Virus record (IMG/VR): IMGVR_UViG_3300017909_001210
Location: 1 to 64,000 of that record
DNA: 64,000 bases
Reading direction: 5' to 3' (one strand)
From: a virus
Lineage: Duplodnaviria > Caudoviricetes
Shown: positions 29,636 to 39,230 of the stretch, in pieces
Layout of the letters: every line of letters starts with the position of its first letter
Numbering within the stretch: the stretch's first letter is position 1
The notes under the pieces: model-generated
The model's database searches: none
Told to the model about the DNA's origin: nothing
The model's input: only the letters and a program-made list of their open reading frames with translations
Position numbers and translations under genes: made by a program

Positions 29636-31189
29636 ATGAAACAACTGAAAACCTTAGAAGAAGTCCGCTCAACTATTCAACCTATAGACTATAAAACTTT
29701 AAGTAGTGCTGATTGGTATAACCTAGGTGCATATCATTTAGGAACTATAGACGATATAAGTGACGTTGATAAAGAGTCAGACGTATATAAAAATTTTAAA
29801 TGGGTGTTTGAAAATATTGCACCACCTACTAAAGTAATTAAATGGGGTGATATTTTAGAACTTCGTAAACAGAAGAAATTTGTTCCCTTCTTTGGTGCCT
29901 CAAACGAATCAGTTCATTATCAAAAATTCTTACCACACGTATGGACTTGTAAAGAAAGACCAAATAAAATTACAGGTCAGATGGATTGTGCAAGGATAGT
30001 TGACGGAGAACCCGAATATGCACAAATCAAAGATTATGTAGAGTTTGAACCTAATACAGAAATCACACCTCAGACTGAAACCTCTCTAAATTCAATGTAT
30101 TATCATAGTGCAAAAGCACATTGGTTAATTCAAAGTATACAAGAAGAAGGTTTGAGACACCCAATTCAAGGAACAACATTTAAAATTGACGATAGATTTG
30201 GTTTTAGAATTCACCCAGGCTCTATAAGGTCAAAAGTATACGAAGAATTAGAAGACCCTACTTTTGAAATTTTTGCAACAGACCCTTGGGACGTATTAGA
30301 TACAGAACCCTTAACGTGTGACGAAGCACTGGAATATTGGACTAAAAAGTTAAACGAGAGAAAAAAAAAAAAAAAAAATACGTCCATAACTTTCGTTAAT
30401 GGTGTTATAGAATATCAACATGATTTAATGGATTTAAGTTTCAGAAAAGAAGTGTATGCATTTAACAAAAGAGTTCACTTACAATCAAAAGGAAAACCTT
30501 TAAACATTTACATAGGTTATGATTCAAACCATGGTGACTTACACGAAGTAAATAAGAAGACAATTCTAAAAACACTACAACCTGGCCGTGGTCACCTTAT
30601 GAAAGAGTGTCATTGGGAACCCGAAATCAAATTCCTTGACATTGCAAAACTTCCCGATTATAATAGAGAGTATGCAAATCAATCAACAGAGTTTACTTAC
30701 AGTAGATTTTTAATCCCCTACTTAGAAAACTATGAAGGGTTTAGTATCTTTATTGATAATGACTTCATATGGAGAAAATCTATTTTATCATTGTTCTATT
30801 ATCTGAATATGGACGATGCAGTTGCATGTATCAAGTATCCACAAATCAAACATGACGAAACTAAATTTGACGGACAAGTAAATATAGATTATCCATGTAA
30901 GTTATGGTCATCATTAATGATATTTAATAATGGACATGAAGACTGTAAGAAGTTAACACCTGAAGTAGTGAACACTTGGACGGGAGCCCAATTACATCAA
31001 TTTGAGTGGACTGATAAGATAAGTTCAATACCTGAAAAGTATATCTTTACTGAAGGTTATGATAATCCTGATGAGAAGTGGGATTACACTGGAATACACT
31101 ACACTAGGGGAGGCCCTTGGATAAAAGGTATGGATTATTCCAACATAAATAATTTAGATATTTGGGTAAAGGCAAAAACCTACTTGTAA
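29636..31189 (+). CDS. Two-domain protein: ParB-like N-terminal region + GT-A glycosyltransferase (CDI-like)
   Basis: IYIGYD, STEFTYSRFLIPYL, FIDNDF (DxD), YPCKLWSSLMIFNNGH, LHQFEW, HYTRGGPW; N-part has LIQSIQEEGLRHPI. Confidence 0.8.
   Translation: MKQLKTLEEVRSTIQPIDYKTLSSADWYNLGAYHLGTIDDISDVDKESDVYKNFKWVFENIAPPTKVIKWGDILELRKQKKFVPFFGASNESVHYQKFLPHVWTCKERPNKITGQMDCARIVDGEPEYAQIKDYVEFEPNTEITPQTETSLNSMYYHSAKAHWLIQSIQEEGLRHPIQGTTFKIDDRFGFRIHPGSIRSKVYEELEDPTFEIFATDPWDVLDTEPLTCDEALEYWTKKLNERKKKKKNTSITFVNGVIEYQHDLMDLSFRKEVYAFNKRVHLQSKGKPLNIYIGYDSNHGDLHEVNKKTILKTLQPGRGHLMKECHWEPEIKFLDIAKLPDYNREYANQSTEFTYSRFLIPYLENYEGFSIFIDNDFIWRKSILSLFYYLNMDDAVACIKYPQIKHDETKFDGQVNIDYPCKLWSSLMIFNNGHEDCKKLTPEVVNTWTGAQLHQFEWTDKISSIPEKYIFTEGYDNPDEKWDYTGIHYTRGGPWIKGMDYSNINNLDIWVKAKTYL
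30361..30378 (+). repeat. A18 homopolymer inside the glycosyltransferase ORF
   Basis: 18 consecutive A encoding R-KKKKK-N between the two domains; frame intact. Confidence 0.9.
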
Positions 31190-31219
31190 TTTTTATAACA
31201 TTGAGGTATAATATAAAGT

Positions 31220-31783
31220 ATGAACGCATTAATTTATACAGAAGACAGTAAACTTATAGTCCGAAAGGAAAATGGTTTACAATATGATTTTGAAAACGTA
31301 GATAGACCTGAATTGGGTTTTGACTTTGACGTATTAGTTTATGACGATGTTGAAGTTAAGATTTTAAAATGGGAAGACGGAAAACAATTTGACGAACAAG
31401 AACATACTGCATTGACAGAAGAAGACAGACTTAGTATTGAAACATATATCAAAAATTCTGAACCACCTTTGGGATATAATTTAAATCAACAATATATCAA
31501 TCAATTGGAACAACTTGTGTTAGATTATCAAACACAATGTTCTGAATTGTATGGAATGTATGATTTATTATATGCAAATGTAGCTGGAAGAGAAGGGTCA
31601 AATCACCCTAGACGTTCTGATGCAAGAAGAGCATTAGAATATTTTGATAACATATGGTTTTGTTTTGAAAATGTGGTTGCAGAAATTCAACAAACAAGAG
31701 AAGATACTTTAAAGAGTTTTGACCACTATGCTGGTGCAATTCCCGACCCTTTAGTGACTCCCGACTCTAGGTCAAATAGGTAA
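31220..31783 (+). CDS. Hypothetical protein
   Basis: 187 aa ORF; sigma70-like TTGTAA-N17-TATAAT (31184-31212) just upstream. Confidence 0.7.
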   Translation: MNALIYTEDSKLIVRKENGLQYDFENVDRPELGFDFDVLVYDDVEVKILKWEDGKQFDEQEHTALTEEDRLSIETYIKNSEPPLGYNLNQQYINQLEQLVLDYQTQCSELYGMYDLLYANVAGREGSNHPRRSDARRALEYFDNIWFCFENVVAEIQQTREDTLKSFDHYAGAIPDPLVTPDSRSNR

Positions 31784-31786
31784 TGT

Positions 31787-32524
31787 ATGGAACTCATTTA
31801 TCATAATGAGTCCTTTAAACTAAAAGACGTAGGATTCCCATTAAAAGATATTCATATTATTGATGATTGGTTGCCTGTGCAATTACACCATTGGGTTAAC
31901 AGGTCAGTTAGTGCTAATAATATTTGGTCAAAAAATAACCAAGTCACTGGAGATAGTCCTACAGGTTTACCTCATCACCAATTTTGGGGTGCAACTATGA
32001 TGAAGGGAACCAATTCGAGTTTGATAGACGTAGGAAATTATCCCGATACAGACCTCGATATTAATCAATATCTAGACACTAAGATATGTGCAAAATGGTT
32101 AGATAGAAAACTACAAACTGATTTTGGTTTTGAATGGGTAAGGTTTCAATACATGGGATTAAATTCACAAACACAAGGTTTACATGGAACAACTCATGCA
32201 GATTGTATGCAAGAAGACGAATGGAATTTATCTTTTTTATATTATACAAATACTATATGGTCAGAACATTGGGGAGGCCCTTTGAGAATCTATGACGAAA
32301 TGCAACAAGGTTTACATGGTCGTGCAAATCATATAAAGAATCACCAAATTGCAGAGATTCCTTTCAAACCAAATAGATTAGTAGTGTTTGACGGAAGAAT
32401 ACCACATGGTGCCGATGCACCCACTCAAGAAGCACGATATATAGATAGGAAGTCAATCGTAATACGAGGTGACGAAATTAGATTAGTAGAAGACGATTAT
32501 TGGTTTAGACAATGCCCACAATAG
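31787..32524 (+). CDS. 2OG-Fe(II) oxygenase
   Basis: HAD (HxD) triad start, WGG.L, PNRLVVFDGRIPHGA, RKSIV basic motif. Confidence 0.85.
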   Translation: MELIYHNESFKLKDVGFPLKDIHIIDDWLPVQLHHWVNRSVSANNIWSKNNQVTGDSPTGLPHHQFWGATMMKGTNSSLIDVGNYPDTDLDINQYLDTKICAKWLDRKLQTDFGFEWVRFQYMGLNSQTQGLHGTTHADCMQEDEWNLSFLYYTNTIWSEHWGGPLRIYDEMQQGLHGRANHIKNHQIAEIPFKPNRLVVFDGRIPHGADAPTQEARYIDRKSIVIRGDEIRLVEDDYWFRQCPQ

Positions 32525-33423
32525 AATTTAGCACATTTAATGAAGATACTCTCAAGGACTCTAAACCAGTTCTTGCAAAATCTGTAAAACCTGAATGGTG
32601 GAATAAAATGAAATTCCGTGAGTATAATCGTGGAATTAAACAAGCAACAATACGTTCATGTCCTGCTATGGACGATTGGTTAAAGAGTGGTTGGTATTTA
32701 TTATCTAATAGAGATATTATTGTGAAGAATGCTAGACTTGATGGTGATACAGATGACCATTGGGTTGCAACACATGAGTTTGACGGAGGAACAGAAATGC
32801 CTTCACCTACACACCCTTCTGCACAAATGGGATATGCATTTCAATATTTACATGATGAAGATGCACCAGTTAAGGGTGCATTTAAAATGAGAAATCCATG
32901 GAACATAAAAACACCGCCTGGTTATTCAACGTTTTACTTAGACCCATTTTTATTTCAAAACAAATATTTTGCAACATGGCAAGGTGTAATAGATACAGAT
33001 ACCTTTAATACAAATTACGATAATGCACAAATTATCTTTTATCCACGTGTAAATCATTCCTTCGTTATACCAAAAGGAACTCCTCTAGTTCAAGTCATAC
33101 CATTTAAAAGAGAGGAATGGCAGTCAACCTACATAACATATGACCACCAATCTTGGTTAGACAATAGAAGTCATATTACAAATAATTCAGGTAATAAAAG
33201 TATGGACGAATTTAATAGACAAATAGATACCTCTCAAACAGCTAGGGATAAAAATGACAAACTAGGTGGTTATAGAATGGGTAAAATGCACAAACAAAAG
33301 GGTAAAAATTTTAATGAAGGAAATCCACCACCTGAATGTCCTATGCATAGTGCTGTTGATGACGCTGCAGATGTGATGTCAGGTTATGAAAAACAATTAG
33401 AGTTAGATTTAGATAATGATTAG
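32512..33423 (+). CDS. Conserved phage protein (DUF6065-like beta protein) of unknown function
   Basis: TIRSCPAMDDWL..G, FK..NPW.IKTPPGYS, GVIDTD, IPKGTPLVQVIPFKRE.W motifs often found beside 2OG oxygenases. Confidence 0.6.
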   Translation: MPTIEFSTFNEDTLKDSKPVLAKSVKPEWWNKMKFREYNRGIKQATIRSCPAMDDWLKSGWYLLSNRDIIVKNARLDGDTDDHWVATHEFDGGTEMPSPTHPSAQMGYAFQYLHDEDAPVKGAFKMRNPWNIKTPPGYSTFYLDPFLFQNKYFATWQGVIDTDTFNTNYDNAQIIFYPRVNHSFVIPKGTPLVQVIPFKREEWQSTYITYDHQSWLDNRSHITNNSGNKSMDEFNRQIDTSQTARDKNDKLGGYRMGKMHKQKGKNFNEGNPPPECPMHSAVDDAADVMSGYEKQLELDLDND

Positions 33424-34114
33424 ATTATTATTTCCATATGTCTGTATCGAAGACAACTTATTAGAGACTGGTCAACTAGAACAAGACTATATTGATTTAC
33501 TTAAAAATGAAATAGACTCTATGAGAAAGACAGACCCAGTAGGAAGAAGAATATCCAATCAATACACTGGTTGGCAATCAAATGACGGGTGTGAGTCAAG
33601 TCCTATCTTTACTAAATTGTTGAGAATTATCAATCATAAGTTTAATACAGAATTACTTAATTATACTGGACATAGTTCTAGTGAAGTTCAGTTAAACATT
33701 TCAAATTCATGGGCAAACATAAATGATAAAGGTGCATGGAACGCTCCACACTTACATAATGGTTGTTGGTATAGTGGTGTATTCTATGTCCATTCAGAAG
33801 GAGATGAAGGGAACTTTGTTGCACTCGATAAAGACCCAAAGGTAGTTTCAGATTTTCCCCATTCACCAAGAGAAAGTCAAACCTTTAGACTTGCACCTAG
33901 AACTGGTCACTTATTTCTTTTTCCAAGTGCATTAATGCATATGGTAGAACCTAACCAAACTGATAAAGATAGATATAGTATATCATTTAATATGAATACT
34001 CGGTATTTAACCAAACAACTCCCCGTAGGTGGTGACCCTAAAGGTTTTCACCCTGATGAATTGTGTTTTGAAGTAGATAATAACGGAAAACTTATACATA
34101 AACTCTCTACATAG
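33416..34114 (+). CDS. 2OG-Fe(II) oxygenase, TIGR02466-like
   Basis: SWANIN..G.WNAPHLH..WYSGVFYV, LFLFPSALMHMVEPN, RYSISFN. Confidence 0.85.
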   Translation: MIRLLFPYVCIEDNLLETGQLEQDYIDLLKNEIDSMRKTDPVGRRISNQYTGWQSNDGCESSPIFTKLLRIINHKFNTELLNYTGHSSSEVQLNISNSWANINDKGAWNAPHLHNGCWYSGVFYVHSEGDEGNFVALDKDPKVVSDFPHSPRESQTFRLAPRTGHLFLFPSALMHMVEPNQTDKDRYSISFNMNTRYLTKQLPVGGDPKGFHPDELCFEVDNNGKLIHKLST

Positions 34115-34139
34115 TCATTACGATTTCATAAATAATCGT

Positions 34140-34400
34140 ATGGAAATTGTAATAGACGCTCATATTATATGGAATGTTATCTTAACATTTATACTAATGC
34201 CTGTAGGTTTTTTAGTTAGAAACATTCTATCAGAACAAAAAAGACTTGATATACTAGTCAACAAAACACGTGAAGAAATTGCACGTGATTACGCAACTAG
34301 AGAACAAATCGAAGCAGATTTCCAAAGAATTATGGATTCAATTGAAAGATTATCAGAAAAATTAGATAGAATCCAATCTAAAACTTATTTCCAAGATTAA
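34140..34400 (+). CDS. Small membrane protein with coiled coil
   Basis: 86 aa; one hydrophobic helix (IIWNVILTFILMPVGFLV) then heptad-rich tail; CATAAATA at 34127-34134. Confidence 0.6.
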   Translation: MEIVIDAHIIWNVILTFILMPVGFLVRNILSEQKRLDILVNKTREEIARDYATREQIEADFQRIMDSIERLSEKLDRIQSKTYFQD

Positions 34401-34436
34401 AATTACTATAAATAGTAATAAACAGGATTTATTACT

Positions 34437-35252
34437 ATGTCAGAACCGAATTCAAAAGCAGCCTTAAAAGAATATATCAAGAGAAAACTTGGAGCTCCAG
34501 TTCTAGAAATTAACGTGGACGATGACCAGTTTGACGATAGAATCGATGAGGCACTACAATATTTCAGAGAATTCCATTACGATGGTTCTATTAAGACATT
34601 TTTAAAACACCAAATCACTCAAGAAGAGATTGATTCATTCAAAACGAATGAAACTCATAATGCAGCGACAACTGGAACACATGCAATCTCAGGACAAACT
34701 TACGGAGAGGGTCAAAACTACATTACACTACCCGAACACGTGTTAAGTGTAATCAATATTTTCCCTTTCAATTCAGGTCAAACTTCAAGTATGTTTGATA
34801 TCCAGTATCAATTAAGATTGAATGATTTATATGATTTAACTTCAACAAGTGTTTTATACTATTCACAAGTTCAATCACACTTGTCACTTTTAAACGATAT
34901 CCTAGTGGGTCAGATACCTATTAGATACAATATGCATTCTAACAGACTTTACATGGACTACAGTGCAAGTAAATTAAGTGCTGGTGAGTATATCATTATT
35001 GAATGTTATAGAAAATTAGACCCAACAGACATGACTGATATCTATAATGATATGTGGTTGAAAAAGTATTCAACTGCATTAGTGAAGTATCAATGGGGAG
35101 AGAACCTCTCTAAATTCCAAGGAGTTGAGTTGCCTGGTGGTATAACACTAGACGGAGCTCAAATGAAAACAGAAGCACAAGAAGAGATAACTAAATTAGA
35201 AGAAGAATCCCGACTGAATTTCGAAATGCCAGTCATGGATATGATGGGGTAA
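34437..35252 (+). CDS. gp13: Neck protein gp13
   Basis: LKEYIKRKLGAPVLEINVDDDQ..DRIDEALQYF..FHYDG; QWGENLSKF.GV.LPGG. Confidence 0.93.
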   Translation: MSEPNSKAALKEYIKRKLGAPVLEINVDDDQFDDRIDEALQYFREFHYDGSIKTFLKHQITQEEIDSFKTNETHNAATTGTHAISGQTYGEGQNYITLPEHVLSVINIFPFNSGQTSSMFDIQYQLRLNDLYDLTSTSVLYYSQVQSHLSLLNDILVGQIPIRYNMHSNRLYMDYSASKLSAGEYIIIECYRKLDPTDMTDIYNDMWLKKYSTALVKYQWGENLSKFQGVELPGGITLDGAQMKTEAQEEITKLEEESRLNFEMPVMDMMG

Positions 35253-35256
35253 TTGA

Positions 35257-36117
35257 ATGCCTACAAATGTATTTTTTAACCATGCAGTCAACACTGAACA
35301 ACACCTTTACGAAGATTTAGTTGTTGAGTCGTTAAGATTCTATGGTCATGATGTCTTCTATCTTCCTAGGGAAATAATCGAAGAAGACACAATTTTAACT
35401 GAAGACGTTCAATCACGTTTCGGTGATGCATATTCTGTAGAAATGTATTTAGAAAATCCAGGCGGTGGATTCGAAGGTGAGGGTGACCTCATGTCTAAAT
35501 TCGGTGTTCAAATCAATGAAGAAGCAACCTTTGTGATATCATTGAGAACTTGGGAAAGATTCATATCACTAGATTCAAACCTTGCAACTTCACTTAGACC
35601 AAATGAAGGGGATTTAATTTACTTCCCACTTTCAGGTTCTATGTTTGAAATTAGATTCGTAGAAGACCAAAATCCATTCTTCCAGTTAGGAAAACTATTT
35701 GTATTCAAAATGCGTTGCACATTATTCGAGTATGGTGGAGAAGACTTCGATACTGGAACAGATGCAGACTTGGTTGAACAAGATAGAGCATACACAATTT
35801 CTATGACTATGTCAGATACAGATTCAGAAAACACTGGTTCTTATGTTGCAAATGAAAACGTCACATTGAATAGTGTTGTAGTTGGTGAAGTTGTAAACTA
35901 CAGAGGTTCAAACAGAGAACTCATTATTAAAGATAACACTACAACACTTGCACAAGGAGATAGACTTGTCGGTGCAACCTCGGGTGCAACAAGAACGATT
36001 GCAAGTATTGTTGACGTAATGACTATGGAAGGAAGTGTTGCACAAAATAAAGACTTCGAAGATAAAGATAATAATTATCTAGACTTTAGTGAAACGAATC
36101 CGTTTGGAGAACCCTAA
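35257..36117 (+). CDS. gp14: Neck protein gp14
   Basis: EQ.LYEDLV.ESL..YG.DV.YLPR, SKFG....E.TF, RPNEGDLIYFP, E.NPFGEP. Confidence 0.93.
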   Translation: MPTNVFFNHAVNTEQHLYEDLVVESLRFYGHDVFYLPREIIEEDTILTEDVQSRFGDAYSVEMYLENPGGGFEGEGDLMSKFGVQINEEATFVISLRTWERFISLDSNLATSLRPNEGDLIYFPLSGSMFEIRFVEDQNPFFQLGKLFVFKMRCTLFEYGGEDFDTGTDADLVEQDRAYTISMTMSDTDSENTGSYVANENVTLNSVVVGEVVNYRGSNRELIIKDNTTTLAQGDRLVGATSGATRTIASIVDVMTMEGSVAQNKDFEDKDNNYLDFSETNPFGEP

Positions 36118-37160
36118 TGTTTGGAACTCATTTTTATCACGAAACCATAAAAAGGTCTGTATCGATATTTGGAACACTGTTCAATAATATCTATGTAAAA
36201 AAGATTCAAGAAGATGGAACAGTTTTATCACAACAACTCGTTCCCATTTCATACGGCCCTAAACAAAAGTTCCTTGCAAGACTTACAGAAGACGCAAAAG
36301 AAAGGGATTTAAATGTCACCTCAATTAACCTTCCAAGAATGGCATTCGAATTGACGGGGTTTGAGTATGATGCAACTAGACAACAGAATAAATTAATACG
36401 TCATTCTAAATCAAGTTTAGAAACAGACGGAGTAAATCGTGGGTATCAATATAATCCAGCACCATACAATCTAAACTTTACACTAAGTGTTCTTGCAAAG
36501 AATATGTCTGATGCATTACAGATTGTAGAACAAATTTTACCATATTTCCAACCTGAATATACAGTCACAATGAAAATGATTGACGATATGTCAGACGTTA
36601 GGGACGTTCCAATCACATTAAATTCTGTAGGTTTGGAAGATACATACGAAGGAAGTTTTGAAGAAAGACGTGTAATAGAATATACACTTGAATTTACTAT
36701 GAAAATTTATTTCTTCGGCCCTGTTTATACTGGAACAGTTATCAAAAACGTTGTCGAAAGAGAGTATATTAATACTGATATCTCAGGTCAATTCACAACT
36801 TCACAAATTAATGAGAGTGGATTGGTCAAAGAAGTTAAACATTATGAACCTGCCTTTGCAGAAACTAGTTCTACTGCAGTGACTAACACTGCAACAGTTC
36901 CTTTTGCAACTGCAATAAATAGTAAGATAAGTGTAGGAGATGAGGTCTTTGGAACGAATTTAACACCAAATCCAACAGTTTCCTCTATTGCAAGTAATAG
37001 ATTATCAATAGATTTAAGTTCTGCAGTGACACTAGAAGAGAACACTAAACTTAAATTTGTAGGTTCAGTAGAACCAAGTGATACTTTCGTAGTTGCAGAA
37101 ACAGTGACATTTTATGACGATGGTTCTAAAGAATCATTCAGTGAAACCGATGACAGTTAA
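36117..37160 (+). CDS. gp15: Tail sheath stabiliser/terminator gp15
   Basis: HFYHETIKR...FG.LFNNI, VPISYGPK.KFLARL, LPRMAFE, QI.EQILPYFQP. Confidence 0.93.
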   Translation: MFGTHFYHETIKRSVSIFGTLFNNIYVKKIQEDGTVLSQQLVPISYGPKQKFLARLTEDAKERDLNVTSINLPRMAFELTGFEYDATRQQNKLIRHSKSSLETDGVNRGYQYNPAPYNLNFTLSVLAKNMSDALQIVEQILPYFQPEYTVTMKMIDDMSDVRDVPITLNSVGLEDTYEGSFEERRVIEYTLEFTMKIYFFGPVYTGTVIKNVVEREYINTDISGQFTTSQINESGLVKEVKHYEPAFAETSSTAVTNTATVPFATAINSKISVGDEVFGTNLTPNPTVSSIASNRLSIDLSSAVTLEENTKLKFVGSVEPSDTFVVAETVTFYDDGSKESFSETDDS

Positions 37161-37162
37161 TT

Positions 37163-37570
37163 ATGACAAAAGAAACAGTAGATGAAAAGTTAGATTCTTT
37201 ATTAGATATCAACACTGAAATCAAAAAAGAAACCAAGGTAGTCAAAGTCCCGTCAAGGATAGAGAATATCGATACAGACTACAAATATGCAAGAGAGAAC
37301 CTCTATAACCTCGTAGAACGTGGTCAAGATGCAATCGAAGGTATATTAGAACTTTCCAAAGAAACCGAACACCCACGTGCATATGAAGTCGCAGGACAAC
37401 TTATTAAGACTGTAGCCGATACTGCAGAAAAACTTATAGACGTTCAAAAGAAATTAAAGGATTTAGAAAAAGAAGATAGTAGTATTAAAACACAACATAA
37501 TCATTTATATGTTGGGTCAACTTCTGAATTGCAGAAGTTTTTGAAGAAAGAAAAGAATAAAGATGACTGA
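37163..37570 (+). CDS. gp16: Terminase small subunit
   Basis: DY.YARENLY.L...G..A..., EHPRAYEVAGQLIK, VGSTSELQKFL. Confidence 0.92.
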   Translation: MTKETVDEKLDSLLDINTEIKKETKVVKVPSRIENIDTDYKYARENLYNLVERGQDAIEGILELSKETEHPRAYEVAGQLIKTVADTAEKLIDVQKKLKDLEKEDSSIKTQHNHLYVGSTSELQKFLKKEKNKDD

Positions 37571-39164
37571 TTCGAAGAATGACGGATATCTTGGTAATAA
37601 TCTAATCAAGAGAGCTGGTGTAGAAACAAAATACACTGATAAAGAAATGGCAGAATACTTGAAGTGTTCTGAAAATCCTACACACTTCATTCAAAATTAT
37701 ACACAAATCATATCACTAGACGAAGGTATGGTTCCCTTTACTCTTCGTGGATACCAAGAAAATCTAATTAATCACTATGACGAGAATCGATTTAGTGTTG
37801 TTCTTGCAAGTAGACAGAGTGGTAAATCAATCACTTCTTGTGCATATCTATTGTGGTTTCTATTATTTAAACCCGAAGTCACTGTAGCAGTTCTTGCTAA
37901 CAAAGGTGCAATTGCAAGAGAAATGATTGCACGTATCGTGACAATGTTAGAGTCTGTTCCATTCTTTCTACAGCCTGGTGTTAAGATTCTAAACAAAGGG
38001 TCAATAGAATTTAGTAATGATAGTAAAGTTGTCGCAGCTGCAACTTCTTCAAGTTCGATTCGTGGTATGTCAATCAACTTATTGTATCTTGACGAGTTTG
38101 CGTTTGTGGACGATGCAGAAACGTTCTATACTGCAACATATCCCGTGGTGACCTCAGGTAAAGATTCAAAGGTTATTATTACCTCTACTGCAAATGGTGT
38201 GGGTAATATGTTTCATAAGATATATGAGTCTGCAGTTCATGAACAATCAGAATACAAATCATTTCTTATTAACTGGTTTGACGTGCCTGGCAGAGATGAA
38301 GAATGGAAGAAAGAAACCATTGCAAACACTTCAGAAGCACAATTTGAACAAGAGTATGGTAATTCATTCTTAGGAACTGGTAATACACTTATCAACAGTA
38401 ATACACTACTTGGTATGAGAGCAATAGACCCCGATTGGAATAAAGACAATCTGTTTCTATATGAGAAACCAAAAGAAGGACATAGATACGTTTGCACTGT
38501 AGACGTATCAAAAGGAAGAGGTATGGACTACTCTACATTCACGATTATAGACGTGACAACAAGTCCATTTAAACAAGTATGCACATATAGGGACAATATG
38601 ATAAGTCCTCTCCTCTTTCCTGATATTATAAATAAATACGTAAGACATTACAATGAACCAGTCGTAATTATAGAAAATAATGCAGAAGGTGGAACAGTTG
38701 CAAATCAGTTGCACTACGATATCGAATATCCGAATGTTTTTGTCCAAGGACAGTTAAAGGCGGAGGACATAGGAGTGACTATGTCCCGAAAGATTAAACG
38801 TATCGGTTGTTCCACACTGAAAGAATTATTAGAAGAAAATAGACTTGTTCTGAATGACCGACATACTATTACAGAATTAATGACTTTTGTGCATAAAGGT
38901 AATAGTTGGGAAGCAGATAGAGGATATAATGACGATATGGTCATGAATTTAGTGTTATTCAGTTGGTTTGTGACAACTGAATATTTTGTTCACTTAACGG
39001 ATACAGCAGTCAAAGACTTGTTGTATTCAGAACAACAGAAACTAATCGAAGACGACTTACTACCGCCAGGGGTTTTTGACGGAGGAAATCAACAAGAATC
39101 CTTTGTAGATAGTGAGGGAGATAGATGGTATCACAAATCAATGGACGTTCCATTGAAATTATAG
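37563..39164 (+). CDS. gp17: Terminase large subunit
   Basis: Walker A SRQSGKS, Walker B LYLDEFAF, QFEQEY, nuclease VDVSKGRGMDYS, DDMVM; no intein. Confidence 0.97.
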   Translation: MTDSKNDGYLGNNLIKRAGVETKYTDKEMAEYLKCSENPTHFIQNYTQIISLDEGMVPFTLRGYQENLINHYDENRFSVVLASRQSGKSITSCAYLLWFLLFKPEVTVAVLANKGAIAREMIARIVTMLESVPFFLQPGVKILNKGSIEFSNDSKVVAAATSSSSIRGMSINLLYLDEFAFVDDAETFYTATYPVVTSGKDSKVIITSTANGVGNMFHKIYESAVHEQSEYKSFLINWFDVPGRDEEWKKETIANTSEAQFEQEYGNSFLGTGNTLINSNTLLGMRAIDPDWNKDNLFLYEKPKEGHRYVCTVDVSKGRGMDYSTFTIIDVTTSPFKQVCTYRDNMISPLLFPDIINKYVRHYNEPVVIIENNAEGGTVANQLHYDIEYPNVFVQGQLKAEDIGVTMSRKIKRIGCSTLKELLEENRLVLNDRHTITELMTFVHKGNSWEADRGYNDDMVMNLVLFSWFVTTEYFVHLTDTAVKDLLYSEQQKLIEDDLLPPGVFDGGNQQESFVDSEGDRWYHKSMDVPLKL

Positions 39165-39230
39165 TTTGTTGAGTTTTATAAAGTTATAAATAAAACAGTA
39201 AACAACTTTTAATACAACAGGAGTAAAAGT

